64,000 nucleotides of DNA from the human T2T-CHM13v2.0 reference genome, Homo sapiens (GCF_009914755.1 NC_060940.1); one strand, 5' to 3'; shown: positions 42,291 through 55,882, counted from the first letter of the stretch. The notes: generated by a model from the sequence alone, not told the origin. Made by a program: numbers and translations.

Positions 42291-43473
42291 TGTGTGCTGG
42301 GGGTGCTAAGTGATAGTGAAGATGATGAGTGTGAACAGGTGATGGACAGCAGCATGTGCCCAACACCGTGCTCAGCATTTCATGTCCAAATTCTCACTAT
42401 GCTCACTCAGCCTCCATGCAGCCCCACAACATGGGTACCACTATCTTATCCTCTCCCATTTAATAATGAGGCGGCCAAGGCTACTTATGAAAAGAAACGA
42501 GGCGGTGCCTGTTGCATACAAAGATCCCAAACCCTAAACCTCTTTTACACATAGCTGGGAAGAAATGCATTTACTTTCCCTGGCCTTGGGCCAGTGGGTT
42601 GTTTAGAAACCTTCAGGGGAGCAGGAAGATGCAGCCCACAGCACGGAGATGGCCTTCCCGGGTCCTTGAGAAACAGGTATTTCATGCTGTGTTGGCACAC
42701 AAGAGCCGGCCAACAATCCCTGTGCTTGTCTGCCTGGACTGTTGGGTAATTTTACAAATTGGCTTTTACTGGCAGGGGAGGTGGGCAGATGTAGGTAGTG
42801 GAATATTCCAGTAGGTCACAGGTTCAGATCCAGCCTGGTGGTTGGTGACTTCTGGGGTCATCTGCCCTCTGAGAAGCTGTTTGTCTATACTGATTGGGAA
42901 CCTGGATCAATGCATTCAGCGAAGCCTGTTAACCTACTTGATTCCAGGCCTGTGCTACCTGCTGAAGACACAGTGGTGAACAAGACTGATAGAAATCATG
43001 TATTGATGAAAGTTTGAATCTAGTAAAAAAGAGAGATAATCATCCAAGCTTTAACGAAGACTGAGGGTGCCCAAGTTACCCCTCCTCCTGTTTAGTTTCT
43101 CATGGTTGACAAGTTAATAAATAAGCAAATTTAAAAAATACATATGTATATCTCAAGATGAGGATGGAAGCCTCATTCATGAGTGGGGTTATTGACGCAT
43201 CCAACTTAAAGCCTCTGGGAAAGACAGTGTTCTGGGATAGCCCATGCTTCCCTTGTCTTCTCCCTGTCTCTGCCAGAATTGAAGGTGGCTGGACCCTCAT
43301 CAGGAAGGATAGACATAGCTTACCTGTGCAGGTGCAGGCTGAGGTGCTGAACATCCAGGAGTGAAAATGGGAGCTGCTCCAAGAAGAGGCAGAGAACAGA
43401 ACTCGCCTCTAGGATGCTGAGTCAAGTTATCATGCACTTGTGTCAGATGTCACTGCTCAAAATAGCTGCATGA

Positions 43474-43570
43474 GAGGCTGCAGTGAGCCGAGGTCGCGCC
43501 ACTGCACTCCAGCCTGGGTGACAGAGCAAGACTCCATGTCGAAAAATAAAAAAAAAATTAATAAAAAACT
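43474..43570 (+). mobile_element. Severely 5'-truncated Alu (3' end plus tail)
   Basis: gaggctgcagtgagccgagg..; 15-bp TSD aaaatagctg(c/t)atga at 43459-43473 and 43571-43585. Confidence 0.92.
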
Positions 43571-45127
43571 AAAATAGCTGTATGACTCCTCCCCCTTTTT
43601 ATTTGGGGGAGAGAGAGTTTGAGGTGGAGAGAGGAGAGATGGGCAGGAAGGACGGGTTCTCACCACGCTTTCTCACTGGGGAGAGAACAGGTATGTGTCC
43701 TCCCCTTGGGGAAAATACAGGGGCAAATACAGGGCACCAAGACAGCGAATTTCAGGGACTCCTCCTTGTCTTCAAGGAAGAGACCATGGATTCCAGATCC
43801 AGAGGACAGGTAGATGTTGGCCTGGCAGAGGTGGGGCTGGGGAGGAGGTTTTAGCCGGCGATTACTGCAGATCAAAGTCCCCAAGGAGAAAGAAAATATG
43901 GTCGGCCTAGGAACTGAAAGAAGTTTGGAGTGTTCAGCCTAAAATGCGGCATTTTATGTAAATTAGTGGGCATGATTCCTGCTACATCATATGTGCCTGA
44001 TGGCTTATGGTTATTTTGCAGAAGTTTACTTCTTACTGGGTGGAGACACTTGGCATTTGTAAATGAGAATACCAATTTGAAGGAAGATAAGAAAAAGAAC
44101 AAAACCTCCTAGCATAAACAGGTATCCTTGTATTAAACATCTCTGAGTGGATTCCTAAGGGCTGAGAGTCCGTGGGGAGGGGGTGTGGGAGAGGAAGGCT
44201 GGAGAGGAAAGCAGGTGCCAGTCTTGGGGATGTTTGCACCTTCTCTCGAGGGCAATGGAGAGTCATTTAAGAAGGAGCTGGTTGTGATCAGGTGTGGGTT
44301 GGAGGACATCATAGCTTGCAGGGGGACCAGCTGGGAGCAGCTACCAGCATCCAGGCAGGGAATGCGGGAGCAGGGTGGTGGTGATAAGGTGCTGCCGGGA
44401 TCCAAGAGACATTTGGGGAGTGTGATTGGCAGGTCCCTGTGCTGATTGGATGGAAGGTAGAAAGAAGGATGAGTTGGAAATGATTCCTGGGGACTGCCAG
44501 GCAGGAGAGGGGTGAGAAGGAGGGATGAGATGGTGCTGGGAGTCCAGGCAGGGACATCAAGCTGGTCAGGACTCAGGAGAGAGCAGCAGGCTGGGGAGAG
44601 AGGCGGTGATGAGTGTGGTGGTTTAGGACAAGATTCCCAGGGAAGGAGGAACATGAGAAGACCTGGAGTAGAACCTTAAGAAACCAGTGTATGAAGAGCG
44701 AACAGGGGATGGGAGAAGGCTGTTTCTTGGACAGAAGGCACCATCGATCAGAACCCTTAGCTGAAGGGGACAGAGGGCTCAGCTTGGATGCTCATGTGAC
44801 CTCAGTCAGCAGATACTCTATTAAAGTGCCAACTGTATGCAGAACCCAGAACTAGGAGCTTTGTGAGCCCTGAGGAGGTGTAAGACACAGAACCTGGAGG
44901 CTTTGTTATTTAATGCTTCTATTTCTCACATACGCCACTTGAGATATTCCTTCCAGAACTTTCTGTGCCCCTCAAAAATGGGGATGTGAGCAGCCTGGGT
45001 CTGTGGTCCCTGAGTTTGGCTGATCTCAGGACCAGATTAAGAAGTGAAAAGAGGTGGATGCTGGGACCCTTCCCTAAGCAGAGACTAATTCTATATGGGC
45101 ATCACCCGAAAATCTCTGTTGAAAGAG

Positions 45128-45578
45128 TGTACCCGTTTCCTGTTGCCGCTGTAACAAATTGTCACAAAGTCAGGCCCTTAAATCAATACAAATATATTTT
45201 CTCATAGTGATGGAAGTTAGAAGTCCAAACTGAGACTTATGGGGCTCAAGTCAAGGTGTCTGCAGTGCTTGTTCCTTCTGCAGGCTCTGGGGGAGGACCC
45301 ACCTTTGTCCCTTCAGCGTCCAGAGGCTGCCCACGCCCCTTGGCTTGTGGCTACACCACTCCAATCTCTGCTTGTGTCACCCCGTCACCTTCTCCTGTCT
45401 GATCTTCCTGCATCCCTCTCACAGGGGACCCCTTGTGAGTATAATCTAGGATAAGCTTCACATCACAAGGTCCTTAATCCTGTCTGCAAAGTCCCTTCGC
45501 CAGGTAAGGTCACATTCACAGCTTCCAGGGATTAGGATGTGGACATCGTTTGGTGGCCGTTACTTTGTTTATGTCACG
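45128..45578 (-). mobile_element. MLT1C-like LTR
   Basis: gctgtaacaaattgtcacaaa..caaggtgtctgcag..tctgcaaagtcccttcgccaggtaaggtcacattcacagcttccagggattaggatgtggacatc. Confidence 0.85.
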
Positions 45579-45768
45579 GGGGAAAGACATGCATCTCTAC
45601 GCTGTCCTGCATCATGGTTATTGGCACTAACCAGCCAGGTTCCCCCACGCCCCGGCCACTGCTGAGCCCACCCTGCACCCTGGCTGCCCGCCACACCACC
45701 GGAGAGCACCTCTGCTCCACTGGGGCCGCTCAGATCTTCCTTCCTAGATCTTCTCTTCGTGCCTAGTG

Positions 45769-45930
45769 CAATGCTCCTTAAACCTTATGGCCCACTCAAA
45801 AGGCCTAGGGGATATTGTTAAAATCTAGCTCCAGCTCTGCAGCCTGGGGAGGCGCCTGATACTGCATTTCTAGAGACTTCTGGGGATGCAGATGGTGCTA
45901 GTCATGGATCACATTTTGAAAGGCGAGGCT
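45769..45930. mobile_element. MER5A-type MITE
   Basis: ggggatattgttaaaat..ctgcatttcta..gatgcagatggtgctagtcatggatcacattttga. Confidence 0.7.
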
Positions 45931-48577
45931 CGAAGGGGCATATTTCATTGAGTTTCCATTCACTGCGGACCCCTTTGCCTAGAAGAGAGCTTAGCACACA
46001 GTAAGTGCTTGACGCATGCTCATGAATGAATGGTGTCTCCACGGTAACACCCTGTTTCTCAGGACCAGGATCTCAGCATCTTTTTCCAAGTCTTGTCACC
46101 AGCCCTTTGGCTAACTTTGGAGCTGTGAACAGAGATGGACAAGCCACAGAAGGCACCACACTGGCTTGATGAATAACAGACCAGACAGGCAGGCAGACAC
46201 ACACTGGCCCCCTTTTCCCCTGTAACACGCTACGTCTGTTATTTATATGCTATTTGACTCGCTTATGTGTAACTCAAAACCTTAGGTTACCTCACCAACC
46301 CCACTGCACCCCTGTTAAATTAGGGCCAGTTGGGCTGAAGCAGCCCCTCTGAGCCCTCCCCCATTGTCTGTGTGCGTTCCTGACTACTGTTAGGTCTCCC
46401 AAAGCTTACTGGGAATGGCCCCCAGCCCCACCCGGGCTTGGGAGCCTGCCACAGACTCACTGCAGGTTCTGTTTATTATTGTAGAGAAGCAGTTTTCCAG
46501 GGGGTTGAAATACTTGTTAAAATTAAGGTGAAAAATGTAAACCACAGCCAGGTCCTGTCACCTGACGCTTCCAAAGCCTCTTGTTTCTCCAGGCACCCCC
46601 TTCTGCAGGTCTCAGCTCCGGTGAAGAAGAAGGCCAGCTGCCCAGCAGACAGGGACAAGGAGTGTGCCCACATCTCTGGGGCAGGTACAGCTGTCCTAGG
46701 AAGTGGAGGCACCTGCTGAGCTTGTACAAAAAAGGCCGCTTGGGAAGGTTGAAGAAATCCAGTTGCGTGAGCTTGACAAATGATTAGAGGAGAAAGAAAA
46801 AGAGCCCGCAAAACCCACGGGCATTTGAGGGACCGACCATCCGCTTGGAGTCAACTCTATCTCATAAAGAACGAAGTAAATATTCCACCCCAGCCTGAGG
46901 ACTCTCGGCATCTTGGCATCTTGGGGTCTGCGATACATCAAAGGGAAAGGATGAAGCATTGTGACAACTTTAAATACCAACGGCAGCGCCTATTCAAGGA
47001 AAACCACAGAGGGGCTGCCTTCCTTACCCAGAACGCCAATTCTGTTTCCTAGGAATTACTACTAAGCAGCTTTTTATTTCCTGCAGGAACCCTCCCTCAC
47101 TTTTTTTTAAAGATGGGAAAGGAGGGCGATTTAGGGAGACTTAGCCTTAAAAGCTCGTTAAAATGGCACTGGCTGCAGCGGGAGGATGGAGCTGGAAGTG
47201 CCCTGTGCTGTGGGGCGGGGACTGTCACCTCAGGGCCCTGCAGGAAGCCGCATTCTCCCAACTAGGTCCAAAGAGGACTCAGGCACCTTCGGAGAGGCCC
47301 TTCCCAACTTCCTCCAGAGATTAGATTAGCAAATGGGGAAAATAGTAGATTTTTATTAAACATTAATGAATCTGAACTTTTCTTCCAAAGCAGGTTCAAG
47401 TTCAGGACACATCTTTGACAGCTTTTAGCAGCCAGCTCAGTGCTGGAAGGTGCCCTCCATATATATATTTTTAGGTGATGTATCATTTCTGATATAGAAG
47501 ATGATGGAATGTGGATTTTAGGATCTGGGTTCAAAGCCCAGCTCTTCAGCTGTTTGAGGCTGAGTGATGTCAGGAAAACCCTAGTCTGGGACTCTCTGCA
47601 TCTGCGAAGGTGCCTTCCTTTTCACAGAGACGTTAGGAGGCTAAAACCAAGAGGGGACCCTACCAGTTCTCACAGGTGACATGTGAGAAGGCGGTGATGG
47701 GATGCTTGGAGTTTTGATGGAGGAGGGGCCGTTGGAGCCAGGCAGGTGAGGCTGTGATGAACCTCCCTCTGTCTCAGACTCTGCTGTTGTGCAGGGCGAG
47801 GGGCACCTGCGAGACATCCAGTCCTAGGGAGCTGTTTATGTTCATGGCACTGAGATCGTTAAAGACCCATTTATCCCAGATTAGAAACAGGGTGATACCT
47901 CTAAGAAGCAAAGACTTATGACTGCAAATGGTACCTCTCCACCTGGCGTTGTCCACCTATCAGATCATCAGGAGATGACCTGTGGGAACTGCCAGTGGGG
48001 GCACCACCGTCAAGGATGCTGAAAGGACTCAGAGACCTGGTTGAGGTCCCAAGATGAAATACCATGGTGGGGACATCCCCTCTGCCCCTTGAGCAAAGGA
48101 AGAAGGAATTAGCCCAAGCCTCAGAGTTTATGGGACCCCTGATTCAAGACATACCTAGTTATTCTGATGTCCACTGAAAAAGGAGTTATAGTGGGGATTT
48201 CTGCTGTTCAATGAGCTTTGGAAAAAAGTGTTGATGGACATCAGTCAGTTTTAAAAATCTTCAGATGAAACTTCTACCTTGTAACTAATTTAAAATAGTA
48301 TAGACAAAGGTACTTCTGGAGCGGGGGTCTCCAGGGCAGCTCACTAGATCCAGGTGCTGAGCTGAGCACTGTCCGTTCCGTCTCTCTCAGTTCTCAGAGC
48401 CAACCTGTAGGGAAGACACTGCCGCTGCACCCATTTCACAGATGTGAAAGCATGCACAGAATAATTTTTAAAAACCCCACGCCAAAAAGTGAGGAGAAAT
48501 AGTGAGTTAGGGAGGAGGACCTTGAACCCAGACAGGCAGACATCAGAGCCAGCATGGTTCTACCTGGCTGTCAAGTC

Positions 48578-48580
<3 letters not shown>

Positions 48581-48619
<39 letters not shown>

Positions 48620-48638
48620 CGCGTGCGTGCATGTGTGC
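48581..48638. repeat. (GT)15 followed by GC/GT alternating repeat
   Basis: Directly visible. Confidence 0.95.
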
Positions 48639-49950
48639 TAAACACATTCAGTTCTGCCATTTTTTCATTTACAGAAACGTTTTGGAGTCTATTAATCTGC
48701 TGCTCATTTTCGAAAATGCCATCAGCATCTTTCCTGTAACATGTAGAGGGCCCCCTCCTTTGGAAACTGCGGTGTATGGCTGGCAGGTGCAATTGTTTGA
48801 CCATTTCTGAGTAGCGCTCATTTCTGCAGGCTTCTGCCAGTTTGGAGCTGTCACAAGCAAGGCTGCCGGGGGCCTCTTTGCTCCTTTATGTTTGGACACC
48901 AATGGTTGCTTTGCTGTAGGAAAGACGGTGAGATTTCGGGGTAGGATGCAGGCGCTGTTGGTGCTGGGTGGGGGGTGGCAGTAGCTCTGCTGGCTTGGTG
49001 CGAACTGTGCGTGGTTGGGGGGTGAACTGGGTGAGTAACTGTGCAGCCTGCCAGGCCCTTGTGTGAGTCTAGGACAGATGAGGAACGCAGGAATTTAATT
49101 CCAGATGATTACCTTCCTCCTTTTGAACGCTGAATCTTGCAGAAGAGCTGCCAGGGCTCTTCACAAATCGAAGGCAATTCAGATGGTGGGTGGTCTCCTA
49201 ATCACCAGGCAATTAGATGTGAGGAAGCATTTCCCCGCAGACGTGCGCATTTATTCAGCTGCTTGGTGAGCTCAGCGCCGGCCTCCTCCTGCATCCCGAC
49301 AGCGCAGGAAGCCGGGCCTCCGCGTCAGTGCCTGGGAACCGCCTGAGGATTTCTGGGCGACCAGGAGCCAGGGCCGCCACCGTTCCCGGGACGGGGAAGA
49401 GGAGGTTCACATTTCACTCCTGGAAGGAGAAAATGGAAAATGTTCTACCAGGAGGCACGAATCACTCTGGCACATGCGGTGGTAGCTGCAGCAGGAACGA
49501 ATTCAGCCCATGACATTTGAGTGTACGAGAAATTCTCTTTATTATCAGTTTCTTCTCAATCCCAATTGCAACTCTCGCCTGCCCAGCCCCATGCATCAGG
49601 GTTTTTGAGAGATTTAACTTTGGTCCTTTTACCCTTTTAGGGGGTTGGGCTGAGACCCTTAACATCCTCCAGAGTATGTTAAGGGTCTCAGGGGGTCTCA
49701 AGCCATCAGAAATATTTGGGGGAGGGGGTCTGGTGCTCCTTCCACCAGGGTCACTGTGGAGACACCTGCGGTGCACGGTCACAGCTCCTGTGGGCAGGAG
49801 CTGTTGACGACACAGGTGCGTGGCGGGGGTGACCAGAGCCTTCTAAGAGCTGCAGGAATGCCCGACCCACACTCTAGGGCAGGAAGAGCAGCGGGAAGCC
49901 CTGGGAGGCCAGCCAGCCGTTTAGCTCCTCCCTGGGAGCCATTCTCCAGC

Positions 49951-50679
49951 ACAGGTGCCAGATTCATAAATAAAAGTACAGGATGCCCGATTCAATGTGC
50001 GTTTTACATAAGCAATTCTAGTCATGGTCCTGTGGCTGCTGTAACAAATCACCTCAAACTGGGGCGCTTAAAACAGCAGAAATGTATTATCAGTCTAGAG
50101 GCCGGAAGGCCAACGTCAAGGTGTCAGGGCGGGGCTCCCCCAGGAGGATCCAGGACCCTTCCGGCCTCTTCCTGCTCCTGGGGGCTCCAGGCGTCCCTTG
50201 GTTCGTGGCTGCATCGCTCCAGTCTCTGCCTCCGCCCTCACGCGGGCTCCTCCCTGCGCGTCTCTCCTCTTCTGTCTTCACCTCATTGGTATGAGGACAC
50301 CACTCACTGGACTTAGGGCCCGTCCTGCTCCAATATGACTTCGTCTTAACTATTTACCACTGCAAAGAACCTATTTCCATATGGAGTCACCTTCTAAAGT
50401 TCCGGGTGGGCATGAACTTCTTGGTGGACGCTATTCAACCCATAATAACAATGAAAAAGTTTTTTTTACTTCTACAGGACCTATTCTATGCTAAAATAGT
50501 TCTTTTTTAAATCTGAAATTCAAATATTACAAGACATACTTATACTAAAAACTATTCATTTTTACCTGAAGTTCAAATATTGCATGAGATGTAGATATTA
50601 AAATTATTTATCTGAAATTCAAATATTGCATGGGATATACTTATACTAAAAAGGCATCCCTATTTTATCTGGTAACTCT
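49951..50679. mobile_element. MER53 element split by an MLT1 insertion
   Basis: Termini ggtgccagat..aaataaaagtacaggatgccc and ggcatccctattttatctggtaact; internal tctgaaattcaaatatt repeats. Confidence 0.75.
50020..50448 (-). mobile_element. MLT1B/C LTR
   Basis: ggctgctgtaacaaatcacc..cttaaaacagcagaaatgtatt..tatgaggacaccactcactggacttagggccc..ctattcaaccc. Confidence 0.85.
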
Positions 50680-51871
50680 CTTCCTGCGTCCCCCCGCGTC
50701 CGTGTGTGTCCTGCCCCTGTGCGGTTCTGCCGTCTTTCAGGCCTCCGTGTTTCCGTGGGAGAGAGAGAGAGCGCACAGGTCACCCACCCCCGGGGCACTG
50801 CAAGTGTTAACCGCCCTCCCCCACCCCCACTGGCTGCAGGCCCCAGTCCTGCGGGTGTGAGGAGAGCTCAGACTTTGGAAACTGAATAATGCTGCTCTCG
50901 CCTTCCTGCATGGGGGGTAGGGAAAGGAAATGCTTTAGTGAGATTGCAAAGCAGGAAAAAAAAAAAAAAGGTCAATCAGTAACTCTTTTCTCTGTATCCA
51001 TTAGAGATTGCTGGTGAGACAGCAGCCACTGCTCCCAGGCCCGAGAACAGGGGCAGCACCAAAGCTGGTCAGTGTTTCCTCCTTACAGGTAAGGGACGTG
51101 GGGAAGAGGAGAGAACTTGACGGCCTTGCTTATTAATTCAGAAAATGTATTAAGGTTGGGTGTGTGGGGGAGTGTGCAGTGAGCAGATAGGGAATCCACA
51201 GGCTGTGACCCAGATCCTTGTTTGGGGCAGAGAGACCCGGGCAGAGGCACGTAGCACACGGCGTCGGACGGCTCCTGTGCCCGGTTCTGTGCAGAGCCCT
51301 GAACAGGACAGTTCTCACAACAGCCCAGCAGCCTCAGTGAATGTCCTGTGGACACCTGAGGGACGCTGAGAGGTAGACCATGGTCCTCAAGGTCACGCAG
51401 TTGCTAAGTGAGGGAGTGGAAGTGACTGACTCCCCTGGCCTGACTCAGAACCCACAAACGCGGAAATCCAAACTTCTGAGGCTGTTCCTTCTCTTGGATG
51501 TGCATGTATTTCTTCGTTCCTTGAGTAATGAATGCATTTTACTATGGGCTGGAGGCTGAGAGAGGCTCAAGGCCACATGTGGTAACATCACACATGGCTC
51601 CAGACTCAACAGATAATATGACAGTCCTATTGCACTTCTAGAAATTCAGGATAAAAAAATAATAATGTGCGTACCCAGGGAGAAAAAATGACAAAGCACC
51701 CATCACAAATATTTATGCCCCAAATAACATACCCAAATAACATGCTTTACCATTTTTGTAAGAAGCAAAAATTGGTTAAAAGTACAAAAAGGAATAGCGA
51801 GAAACACCACGAAAAGGGATTCTCTAAACTTTTAAACGATCAGGTAAAATGAAATTTGTTTATTAAGTTGA

Positions 51872-52370
51872 TGTCTTGGTCTGTTTTCTGTTGCTATAAC
51901 AGAACACCTGAGACAGGGTAATTTACAATGGAAAGGAATTTATTTCTTATAGTTCTGGAGACTGGGAGGTCTCCAGAAGGGGCAGCATCTGGTGAGGGCC
52001 TTCCTGCTGGTGGGGACTCTCTGCAAGGTCCCATGGGGGTGCAGGAACTTACTTCTTACAGTTCTGGAAGCTGGGAAGTCTCCAGAAGGGGCGGCATCTG
52101 GTGAGAGCCTTCCTGTTGGTGGGGACTCTGCAAGGTCTCATGGGGGTGCAGGCATCTCAGAGTGAGGAGGCTGAGCCTGCAAGTCAAGCCCTTCCTTTCT
52201 CCCCTTGGAAAGCTGCTCCTTCCCACCCTCACGACCTCATCTAATCCTAATCACATCCCAAAGCTTCCAACTCTCCAATAGCAGAGGCAGATTTCCTATC
52301 CTCTTACTGTCACCATGGGGATTAAGTTTCAACAGGAGTTTGGGAGAGGACAAACATTCAAACCTTGGCA
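51872..52370 (-). mobile_element. MST (B/C-like) MaLR solo LTR with an internal ~109-bp duplication
   Basis: tgtcttggtctgttttctgttgctataacagaacacctgagac..caaacattcaaaccttggca; perfect 5-bp TSD GTTGA at 51867-51871 and 52371-52375. Confidence 0.9.
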
Positions 52371-54615
52371 GTTGACTTAATGGATACAAACAAAAGTTAT
52401 ATTACAAATGGAAATTCAAGGGTGGTGTCAACACAGATGCCACCTTCTCCCCCTTGTTTTCAGGGACTAGGCTTTATTTCCGACCTTGGCCTTCTCAAGG
52501 AGACTAGTTGAAGGCCTGCCATCCTGGAGGGACCTGGCCAGCCCCAGCCCCAGCCCACCCTGACAGCTCTAGAGCTGTCCTTCCGTTAGATGGCCCCCTA
52601 TACCCTGAAGCCTTAAACGACACCCAACACCATGATCCTACTGGATAGTGCCCTAAAATGCTCCTGGGTCATTTCATGCCTGGAAGGCAGGAGGAAGCTA
52701 AAATCCCACCGTTTTCTCCACTTGTTGGACTGTCTGCCCCATGAGGGAACAAAGGCTCCATCGACGAGCGTGGATCCAGAAGCCCAGGCAATCAGGCTGG
52801 AGCCTTCCTTACTTCTGCTGTCTGCAGTGACCACTCTGGATTTGGGATCCAGCCTCCCTGAGACTGTAAACATCTGGGTGAGAGCCAGCCGTGGCTGAGC
52901 CCATAATTACTGGCTGCAGCCTCCCTACGGCGGCACAGAGGAGGTGGGTGGAGAATGGTTACCAGGGCCTGTGTGATATGAGTCCCTAAAAACACTCTCA
53001 ATCAATGGGCAGATTGAGCCTTCTCAAACCATGTCACATACCAGCATCTGTGACATGTGGTCCAAATCAAGTTGGCTTAGCCTTCCATCTGGAAGGATAT
53101 CATTAGAGGTAGTTGAAACCAGGAAACTTCACACCAAAGACATGAGTCCACAGTTTGAGACAATGTGGTATTCACTTCCAGCTCCATACAGTCCTTGGGT
53201 AAATGGTGGCTTAATGTTTGGCCTCAGAAGACTTTGCTCTTTTACTAGAGGCTAAATTTGTCCCCGAGTGCCCATGGCCCTGTGGAAAACTTGGGCTAAG
53301 ACTTCAGATATGACTTAACTTTTGGTCAAGATACAGACATGCATTCATGCAAGTAAACAGACGCATGCCTGTGTGTCTGCCGCATGCAGGGGGTGGTGGG
53401 GAGAGGAGAAGGAAACCCACAGTTTCTCTGTTGTTTCAGGGACCTGTTTCAGGCCTAAAGTTTCCTAAAACAGTCATGCACGTGTTTGTTCTCCATTCTC
53501 ACTTCACTCTGAGCACTGTGAGTCCAGCTTCACGGCAAAGCCCTGTGTGCGGTGAGCAGTGGTTCACTCCTGGCTTTTGTACATGCAGGTCTGAATGTGC
53601 TGCAGAGGAGGGTGCTTCCCAGAGATCACCCCTGTGACAGACAGATCGATTGAAGGACCCCTGAATGGCTGAATTGAGAAGAACAAGCATATTAGGAGGC
53701 CATACAATGGGAGCCTCTCAGGCAGACAGACAAAGCCGTGGAAACTGCAGACTTATTTGTATGTTCTGGTAAACACCTTTGCTTCATTTTCCCCGTCTCC
53801 GCCTGGACTGAGGGTCACCTCACCTCTCCTGGTGTCCAGAGCCTCCTTCAGGACAGATGTTGCAAACCTGAGTTCTCACAAACAGCGGGGTCCAGCCCTT
53901 CTCAACACTGGAAAGCCCTTGAGCCATCTTTGATTTGTGTGTTTTGATCTAATTGCACTACTGCTTGCAATGCTTGTTTTTAGCGGTGAGTGCTGGTTTA
54001 ATTTGTTTCTTTCTGGTCTCCCAGCCCCACTCCAGAATTTTGGCTCCTGGAGAGGAGGGGCCCTGAACTGGCATTTTCAGTGAAGCATCCCAGTGCCTTG
54101 AATCCAGTAAGCAGCCAGGTGTCTGTTGGCTTCATGGTTTAACAACCTACCATTTGAAGAATCGCAGAGATGAATTAAAAAGAGCCCCGGAGAGGCTCCC
54201 CGATCCAGTTGCACTTCCTGCTTAAGCAAAGTAAAGAAAAACAGGAATGAAAACATAACCCAATGGGTTAGTTCCATGCTGGCCATTGATGAGGTTGCAG
54301 CCACCATCAGAAGAAGGCCAAACGGTTAGAAAGACACGGCGGTGAGGAAGATGAGCCTCATTATCGACTGTCACCTGCAGCCCTGCACAGGTGCTCAGAA
54401 TCTAACACTTGATGGCTGGTTGAGATTCCCGGAGTCCTAATTAGGAATGAGGAGTCAGGCTGGCAGGACCCAGGGAAAGCAAAAAGAGAAGGCAGAGAAG
54501 CTCCAAGTCTGCCTGTCTTCGTGATCCAGAACACGTAGTCCTGCTGCACAAGTAACTCACAATCTTCCTGTGTCCAGCTGTCATTAGACCCTTGGCTGAT
54601 AGAAAAATGCAAGTT

Positions 54616-54857
54616 AGCACACTGCAGCCTCGGTGTCGTCAGTACTGCACGTCACTCTCTCCAGCACACCACGGCCTCGGCGTCATCAGCACTGCACGTC
54701 GCTCTCTCCAGCACACCGCGGCCTCGGCGTCGTCAGCACTGCACGTCGCTCTCTCCAGCACACCGCGGCCTCGGCGTCGTCAGCACTGCACGTCGCTCTC
54801 TCCAGCACACCGCGGCCTCGGTGTTGTCAGTACTGCACGTCGCTCTCTCCAGCACAC
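54616..54857. repeat. 47-bp CpG-rich minisatellite (5 units + 7 bp)
   Basis: Unit agcacaccgcggcctcggcgtcgtcagcactgcacgtcgctctctcc starting at 54616, 54663, 54710, 54757 and 54804. Confidence 0.97.
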
Positions 54858-54977
54858 AGCACAAGCACCATCCTATCAAGTCCCCAGCAAGCCTTTGTCT
54901 CCTTGCAGTCAGCTCCTCTCTTGCTGGCCTGCCTGTTGCCTCCTTGCCGTGTATTTTCCTACTTTCTCTAATTTGCC

Positions 54978-55191
54978 TTTTTTTTTTATTTTTGAGATGA
55001 AATTTTGCCTCAGCCTCCCAAGTAGCTGGGACTACAGGTGCGTTTCACCACGTCCATCTAATTTTTGTATTTTTCGTAGAGACGGGTTTTCACCATGTTG
55101 GCCAGGATGGCCTTACCTCTTGACCTCCTGATCCGCCTGCCTCGGCCTCCCAAAGTGTTGGGATTACAGGCATGAGCCACTGCACCTGGCC
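54978..55191 (-). mobile_element. AluS with a right-arm deletion
   Basis: gagatgaaatttt is joined directly to gcctcagcctccc; left arm intact. Confidence 0.88.
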
Positions 55192-55462
55192 TAAATCTGC
55201 CTTTCTTAACCTACAATTGTCTTTACCCTGAGCCGCTGGCCCCAGATAGTCGCTGCTCACCCATGACAATATTTCACCACTGAGATCATTTATCCTCAAA
55301 AAAATGAGTAGAATGGCCACGGAATTGTGTGCAAAGAATGAAGGAGCAAAACAGTCTTGGAGTCTTAGGAGCAAAACATCTGCATTACTAATATCCTCCC
55401 AAGTCCACCAAGCCTCAGCTAGGAACGGTTCCCCACTTGTGAAGTGTCTGATAAGTTCTAGT

Positions 55463-55882
<420 letters not shown>

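Noticed and set aside
52562-52579. Perfect 18-bp palindrome gacagctctagagctgtc
   Set aside because: A 9-bp arm without spacer has a chance expectation of roughly 0.25 per 64 kb; no supporting context
54592-55131. CRISPR-like array or 179-aa ORF over the 47-bp repeat
   Set aside because: Head-to-tail units without unique spacers in eukaryotic DNA; the ORF is open only because the unit lacks stops, and it ends in an Alu
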